A stretch of DNA of 64,000 nt from Candidatus Roizmanbacteria bacterium RIFCSPHIGHO2_12_FULL_37_23 (GTDB taxonomy: Bacteria; Patescibacteriota; Microgenomatia; UBA1406; HO2-37-13b), in contig MFZX01000029.1 of NCBI GenBank assembly GCA_001788095.1, positions 4,620-68,619 of the forward strand, read 5' to 3'. Below are positions 58,829 to 64,000 of this stretch, piece after piece (within the stretch, counting starts at the first letter, position 1; every line of letters begins with the position of its first letter). The notes under the pieces were generated by a model that worked only from the letters and a program-made list of their open reading frames with translations, was not told the DNA's origin and made no database searches. A program made the position numbers and the translations under genes.

Positions 58829-58985
58829 AGAGTTCAATAAAAAATTGAGCTAATACGTCACCCCCAGATTTCAGATATCTGGGTGAAGATATAGTCCGCG
58901 CCATTAGTAATAATGGATTATCATGCGATGTCGGCTCATCGCATCCTGGGGCCGTAGCAGGTCCCAAGGGTTGGTCTGTTCGCCC

Positions 58986-59033
<48 letters not shown>

Positions 59034-59216
59034 ACTCTATCCGGTGCAGGCGTTTGGATTCTTGAAAAGGCTCTTCTCTAGTACGAGAGGACCGAGAAGA
59101 GGGAATCCCTGGTGTATCAGTTGTCCTATAAGGGCATTGCTGAGTAGCTATATTCCTATGAGATAAGTACTGAAAGCATCTCAAGTACGAAGCTTACTTT
59201 AAGATGAGGAATCCAC

Positions 59217-59233
59217 CCCCGATTTAATCGGGG
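59217..59233 (+). repeat. rRNA hairpin repeat copy 8 (CCCCGAT TTA ATCGGGG)
   Basis: Exact 17-mer near the 23S 3' end. Confidence 0.9.
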
Positions 59234-59319
59234 ATAAATCCCCCGGTAGATGACCGGGTTGATAGGCGCATGGTGTAAGTCCAGTAATGGATTTAGCCTA
59301 TGCGTACTAATGGATGATT

Positions 59320-59346
59320 CAATATCCCGCAAATTGAAACTTAAGA
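59320..59346 (+). other. 3' strand of 27-bp 23S processing stem
   Basis: Complementary to 55925-55951. Confidence 0.8.
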
Positions 59347-59353
59347 ATAGCAT

Positions 59354-59374
59354 GTATTACGTATTATGTATTAA
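59354..59374 (+). repeat. Heptamer tandem repeat array (GTATTAN)x3
   Basis: GTATTAC GTATTAT GTATTAA, immediately after the 23S processing stem. Confidence 0.85.
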
Positions 59375-59466
59375 GGATCTAATTCTTTTGACCCCCTGTA
59401 TTTGATCTATTGCAATTTGTTTTATCTTTTATTACTATCAAGAGACATGGGCAAGTTTCCTATGGC

Positions 59467-59515
59467 ATTATACGTAATACCTAAAACGAAATACCTAATA
59501 CCTAATACCTAATAT
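59467..59515 (-). repeat. Heptamer tandem repeat array, reverse orientation, x7
   Basis: The plus strand reads ATTATAC GTAATAC CTAAAAC GAAATAC CTAATAC CTAATAC CTAATAT. The last unit overlaps the topA ATG (59514). Confidence 0.9.
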
Positions 59516-61559
59516 GGATCTAATCATTGTAGAATCTCCGACCAAAGCAAATACATTTAATAAGTATCTTAAGAGCAACGAATATCAGGTCGAAGCTACC
59601 ATTGGTCACGTTCGAGATTTGCCGCAAAAAAAAATAGGAATAGACCTTGAGCATGGTTTCAAGCCAGACTATGTTTTAAACGAGGAAAAAAAAGAAACCA
59701 TTGAAAAAATTAAGAAGCAAGCTCAGAAAGCATCTTCTATCATTCTTGCAACTGACGCGGACAGAGAAGGGGAAGCAATTGCCTATCATATCGCTCAAAT
59801 TCTTGGATATATTAAAGAGGATTGGCCACAGAGCACACTTAAGAAACAGAATAAACTTAAAAGAATTGTTTTTCATGAAATAACCAAAGACGCTTTAGAA
59901 GAAGCTTTAAAATTACCTCGCGAGTTAAATTTTAACTTAATTGACGCTCAACAAACTCGACGTATTCTCGATAGAATTGTAGGATACAAGCTCTCCCCTC
60001 TTTTATGGAAGAAAATAGGAAAGAGATGGCTTTCCGCAGGTAGGGTTCAGACCGTTGCGTTAAGATTTATCGTCGAGAGGGAGAAGGAAATTGAAAAATT
60101 TGCATCAGAAGTCTTCTTTAGGGGTACTGGACGTTTTAAGAGCGACGATACAGGAGATGATGTTCTTGAGGCTCAACTCCATGCAAAAGATGACCAGAAA
60201 TACGAACAAAAATTTACCGTCAATCTATTTGATGGAGATTATACATACACCAAAACGTCTATTCTCAAAAAGGATGTTGAAAGTCTGACTAAAGATATTG
60301 AATCAGATACGTTTTCTATAGAAAGCATTCAAGAAAAAGTTTCTTCTCGAAGTCCTGCTCCTCCTTATATAACATCAACACTTCAGCAAGACGCAGCAAG
60401 AAAACTGGGATATTCTTCCAAGCAGACCATGAGACTTGCTCAGAATTTATATGAAAAAGGTATGATCACTTATCATAGGACTGATTCTGTAACTATTTCC
60501 CCAAAATTTATTCAGCAAGCATCAGAATTTATTAGAGAAAAATATGGAAATCAGTATGTTCTTGAAAGCCCAAGATTATATAAAACTTCTACGAAAAGTG
60601 CTCAGGAAGCTCATGAGGCAATACGACCAACCGATGTTACTCGCCAGATTTCTGGAGAAAAAGGTATAACAAGTAGACACGAGCGACTTTACAGTATTAT
60701 TCTAAATAGAGCACTTGCAACACAAATGAAAGATGCTCAAATCAAAACATTATCGATAAGCATTAAAGGCAAGAAAGGATATATTTTTAAAACAAAGCAA
60801 GAACAAGTAATGTTTGACGGGTATCTTAAACTTTATCCAAAAATTGAATACGGAACAATCACATTTTCCAAGAAAGAAGGAGATGAAATTAGTCTCAATA
60901 ATATAGATTTTGTTGAATCTGCTACACAACCCCCGCCTCGGTATTCTGAGGCATCGCTTATTAAAACACTCGAGAAACGTGGAATAGGGAGACCGTCAAC
61001 CTATGCTCCGATAATTTCTACTATTGAAACGAGAAATTATGTAGAAAAAATGGAGGGTAGATTTTTTCCTACTATTTTGGGTAAAGCTGTGAGTGATTAT
61101 CTCTCAAAAGCCTTTGTTGATCTTTTTACCGTTGATTTTACTGCTGAAATGGAGGATAAGCTCGATAAAATTGCAGAAAACAAACACGATATGATAAAAA
61201 CTCTCACCGAGTTTTATAAACCTCTTGAGAAAAACATCGTTAAAGAACAGAACAGTAAAGGTCATATTGATGTACAAGAAGAAACAAATGAAAAATGCCC
61301 TGAATCTGAACATCCATTAGTTATTCGGTTTTCTAAGTTTGGGAAATTTTTAGCCTGTTCTGATTATCCGAATTGTAAATACACTAAGAATTTTATGCAG
61401 AAAGTGGATCAAAAATGTCCTAAATGTAAAGGCGGGGACATCATTGTGAGGTTTACCAAAAGAAAGAAAAGATTTTATGGTTGTTCTAACTATCCAAAAT
61501 GTGATTTTGCTGCGTGGAAATTGAATGAAATTGAATCTTCATCCCCGTCCTCTGAATAA
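59514..61559 (+). CDS. topA: DNA topoisomerase I
   Basis: Toprim LIIVESPTKA, DADREGEAI, active-site ITYHRTDS, C-terminal Cys4 zinc ribbons (CPKCKGG...CSNYPKC). Confidence 0.95.
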   Translation: MDLIIVESPTKANTFNKYLKSNEYQVEATIGHVRDLPQKKIGIDLEHGFKPDYVLNEEKKETIEKIKKQAQKASSIILATDADREGEAIAYHIAQILGYIKEDWPQSTLKKQNKLKRIVFHEITKDALEEALKLPRELNFNLIDAQQTRRILDRIVGYKLSPLLWKKIGKRWLSAGRVQTVALRFIVEREKEIEKFASEVFFRGTGRFKSDDTGDDVLEAQLHAKDDQKYEQKFTVNLFDGDYTYTKTSILKKDVESLTKDIESDTFSIESIQEKVSSRSPAPPYITSTLQQDAARKLGYSSKQTMRLAQNLYEKGMITYHRTDSVTISPKFIQQASEFIREKYGNQYVLESPRLYKTSTKSAQEAHEAIRPTDVTRQISGEKGITSRHERLYSIILNRALATQMKDAQIKTLSISIKGKKGYIFKTKQEQVMFDGYLKLYPKIEYGTITFSKKEGDEISLNNIDFVESATQPPPRYSEASLIKTLEKRGIGRPSTYAPIISTIETRNYVEKMEGRFFPTILGKAVSDYLSKAFVDLFTVDFTAEMEDKLDKIAENKHDMIKTLTEFYKPLEKNIVKEQNSKGHIDVQEETNEKCPESEHPLVIRFSKFGKFLACSDYPNCKYTKNFMQKVDQKCPKCKGGDIIVRFTKRKKRFYGCSNYPKCDFAAWKLNEIESSSPSSE

Positions 61560-61692
61560 ATGTTATCTTCAAAGGACGAAGATGAAAAACAAAGGCGAGC
61601 TGACTCGCGGAATATGGCACGCAGGTGGCCAAACCGCAAAATAAGCTGCCTACAGCTTGTTCTTCACCCTCGTGACTTCGCTTTCGCTTCCT

Positions 61693-62643
61693 CTAGGAGA
61701 GCACTTCCGACCTCCAGTTCGGTAGCGTCTCCTCAAGTCCCCACACAAGACCGACCTTGGACATGCACCAGATAACGATCCACGAAGGATCGAACTGATA
61801 CCATGCGAGGCCATGCCGAGGACTTCTCGGGAATCTGTGATGGTTGTGATGCCATCCTTCCCCTGCTGAGAAAAGCGCGACGATCCAGTTGTTCATACTT
61901 CGATCGCTCGTAATAAACATTCTGGATCCCCATGTGTGGCAGACTGAGTTCACGCTCCATGTTGCGTGGTTGGTAAGACCAACGCGGACGAGTCCACCCC
62001 AGACGAATGCCTGCCATGCAGAGCCCCAGCTCCACGCATGCGTGTTGCCCCAGTATCCGGAGATTCCTCCAATGAGGAACGGAACCACCAGACTGACGAC
62101 GCACCACAGCGGGAACGTTTTACTGAAAAAGGCCAGCATGGGGTCTTTCGACATGAAGGTGCGCGCGTATCGACGTTCCGCAGGCGTAGGTCCGGTGAAA
62201 AGCCACCACATGTGGGCGTACCAGAACCCCTGGAGCGGGCTATGTGGGTCGCCTTCCTTGTCTGAGTACTTATGGTGGATGGTATGGATAGCCTTCCATA
62301 TCGCAGCAGCTCCCTCAAATGCCATGGAGCCCAGCGCTAGGAAGAATGCTTTCACATACCACTTTGCCTTGAACCCGTCGTGGGTCAGCATGCGGTGGAA
62401 GCCGATAGTGACGCCCAGTCCGGTCAGTTGCCACCCCCCGATAAGGAGAGCTACGTCGAGCCAAGTTGCTCGATCTCCCCACAGGGTGTAGAGGGCGTAG
62501 ACCAGTCCAACAAGGGGCGACACGACCAGAACGAGCACAGCGATCTTGTGTTGCAGGGTCCCCTCCTCGGAGACGTAATCCTGCGTGCTTGCGGAAGACA
62601 CGATAGGTCCTTTCTGCGACTTTTGCGAAGTCACGATTGTCAA
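61693..62643 (-). CDS. Membrane fatty-acid (acyl-CoA/acyl-lipid, delta-9-type) desaturase on a GC-rich island
   Basis: Three His boxes: HRMLTH, HTIHHKYSD and GEGWHHNHHRFP. Four TM segments. TTG start preceded by GGGAG 4 nt upstream. Sampled GC is about 55-57% versus about 33-35% in the flanks. Confidence 0.85.
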   Translation of the reverse strand: MTIVTSQKSQKGPIVSSASTQDYVSEEGTLQHKIAVLVLVVSPLVGLVYALYTLWGDRATWLDVALLIGGWQLTGLGVTIGFHRMLTHDGFKAKWYVKAFFLALGSMAFEGAAAIWKAIHTIHHKYSDKEGDPHSPLQGFWYAHMWWLFTGPTPAERRYARTFMSKDPMLAFFSKTFPLWCVVSLVVPFLIGGISGYWGNTHAWSWGSAWQAFVWGGLVRVGLTNHATWSVNSVCHTWGSRMFITSDRSMNNWIVALFSAGEGWHHNHHRFPRSPRHGLAWYQFDPSWIVIWCMSKVGLVWGLEETLPNWRSEVLS

Positions 62644-62738
62644 CGTACTCCCTAGTCCCGAATGGACAGAGATCTGATTATTATATCAAAGACATAGCAT
62701 GCTATTGATTTTTACTCCTCTATTTATTATGCTTTCTT

Positions 62739-64000
62739 ATGCCTAAATACATATTTATCTCCGGTGGAGTTATTTCTGGTCTTGGGAAAGGTATTACCTC
62801 TGCATCAATAGGCCTACTTCTTAAATCTTCTGGTCATAAAGTCGTTCCTATAAAATGCGAGAATTATTTAAATATTGATGCAGGCACTATAAATCCAATT
62901 GAACATGGAGATGTATTTTTATGTGAAGATGGCACTGAAGCTGATATGGATATAGGAAGCTATGAGAAATTTCTTGACCAAAATATGTCGCGTGGTAATT
63001 TTATTACTATCGGTCAAATTTATAAGTATGTAATAGATAAAGAAAGAAGATTTGAATATGATGGAGAAGATGTTGAGGCGATTCCTCATGTAACAGACGA
63101 AATACTACGCCGTATTGACAAAGTTATTAAAGATCAGGGCGGGGAAATAGGTCTTATTGAGCTAGGAGGGACAGTGGGCGAATATCAAAACGCTTTATAT
63201 TATGAGGCGGCTCGTATGCTTTCGTTTAGAAAGCCAGGAGATGTTTTACATATTCATGTGAGTTATGTTCCTAATCCGCAGCATCTTGGTGAGCCAAAAA
63301 CCAAGCCTGCTCAACTTTCGGTGAGAACTCTAAATTCCTTAGGAATTCAGCCTGATATCCTCATAGCCCGATCACACAAGCCATTAGATAAACGTCGTAA
63401 AGAGCGTCTTTCCTTGTTTTGTAATCTTATGGAAGAAGATGTTATGACAAGTTATGACGTTAGTTCTGTGTATGAAATTCCCTTGATTTTACACAAACAA
63501 AATCTTGCTGCAAGAATTTTACTTAAACTTAACATTAAGCATATTCAACCTCAACTAAACGAATGGAATAAATTTGTTGAAAAGGTACAGGTAAAAAAGA
63601 ATAAGAAAATTCGAATAGCAATTGTTGGTAAGTATTTTGCCACAGGTGAATATCAATTACGTGATTCCTACGCAGCTTTATTCGATGCTATAGATCATGC
63701 AAGTTGGGCGCACAATATTGAATCTGAAGTTGATTGGATTGACGCTGAAAAGGTGGAAAAAGAAGGCATAGAAAAATTTATACAAAAAGTAGATGGCATT
63801 ATTGTTCCAATAGGTTGGGGCGAGCGTGGAGCTGAAGGTATGATTCAAGCAGCGAGCTATGCTCGAGAGCATAAAATTCCTTATCTAGGTCTATGTTATG
63901 GTATGCAGTTGGCGGCTATAAGCTTTGCCAGAGATGTATTGGGATTGCACAAAGCAAACACTGAGGAAAACGATCCAAATACTCCAGATCCTATTATTCA
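62739..64000 (+). CDS. pyrG: CTP synthase, 3' end beyond window
   Basis: Hand translation from ATG 62739: MPKYIFISGGVISGLGKGITSASIGLLLKSSGHKV...DAGTINPIEHGDVFLCEDGTEADMD. The frame is open to the window end, so it is not in the ORF track. Confidence 0.95.
   Translation, partial: MPKYIFISGGVISGLGKGITSASIGLLLKSSGHKVVPIKCENYLNIDAGTINPIEHGDVFLCEDGTEADMDIGSYEKFLDQNMSRGNFITIGQIYKYVIDKERRFEYDGEDVEAIPHVTDEILRRIDKVIKDQGGEIGLIELGGTVGEYQNALYYEAARMLSFRKPGDVLHIHVSYVPNPQHLGEPKTKPAQLSVRTLNSLGIQPDILIARSHKPLDKRRKERLSLFCNLMEEDVMTSYDVSSVYEIPLILHKQNLAARILLKLNIKHIQPQLNEWNKFVEKVQVKKNKKIRIAIVGKYFATGEYQLRDSYAALFDAIDHASWAHNIESEVDWIDAEKVEKEGIEKFIQKVDGIIVPIGWGERGAEGMIQAASYAREHKIPYLGLCYGMQLAAISFARDVLGLHKANTEENDPNTPDPII

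Larger units (their letters stand above)
58521..58925 (+). mobile_element. Group-I-type intron in 23S rRNA (405 nt) near the peptidyl-transferase centre
   Basis: The conserved block GGTTCGGCACCT | CGATGTCGGCTCATC is split. The upstream exon ends in U (58520) and the insert ends in G (58925), as expected for group I introns. The insert is AT-rich and contains a LAGLIDADG remnant. Confidence 0.65.

Noticed and set aside
59332-59513. A 5S rRNA downstream of 23S, or a 16S fragment upstream (55574-55798).
   Set aside because: No 5S-like or 16S-like conserved strings are visible on either strand. The regions consist of AT-rich spacer, heptamer repeats and promoter-like sequence. This is a by-eye judgement and should be confirmed with covariance models.
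61560-62655. Multiple overlapping ORFs in other frames and strands of the GC-rich island (61560-61775, 61733-62107, 61889-62491, 61950-62318, 61966-62265, 62380-62655).
   Set aside because: High GC suppresses stop codons in all frames. Only the 316-aa minus-strand frame has the desaturase histidine boxes, TM pattern and an SD/start.

Overview
Low-GC (about 33-36% by eye), tightly packed bacterial segment, almost entirely on the plus strand. Gene content and architecture look like a reduced CPR/Patescibacteria-type genome; that assignment is inference. Standard genetic code: TGA is used as a stop. Order of content: (1) a long division/cell-wall (dcw/mur) cluster, ftsI(partial)-murE-like-EEP-pgeF-murC-murB-murA-EEP ... 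yvcK-dgkA-mraY-PP-loop ATPase-murD-ftsW-murG-ftsQ-ftsA-ftsZ; (2) PCD, ileS, rodA, rplU-rpmA; (3) an accessory stretch (26-37 kb) with four tRNAs, orphan proteins, a methyltransferase, GT2, LysM protein and a macro-domain gene remnant; (4) polX, lemA-htpX, nth, glnA, gatCAB, dnaE; (5) a complete F1Fo ATP synthase operon; (6) a promoter-tRNA-Ala-23S rRNA unit with no 16S or 5S, where the 23S carries a 405-nt group-I-type intron with a decayed LAGLIDADG ORF; (7) topA, a sharply GC-rich (about 55-57%) single-gene island encoding a membrane acyl-CoA/lipid desaturase, then pyrG (runs off the window). Most unusual observations: (a) one GC-clamped 17-nt hairpin (CCCCGAT-TTA-ATCGGGG) recurs eight times inside the 23S locus, including once in the intron; a sister 42-nt nested palindrome occurs upstream of tRNA-Val and exactly in frame inside the GT2 gene; (b) the foreign-composition desaturase island; (c) a dispersed GTATTAN heptamer tandem-repeat family abutting stop and start codons; (d) non-canonical members of the mur cluster (PP-loop ATPase overlapping murD, two EEP paralogs, N-domain-less MurE-like ligase).
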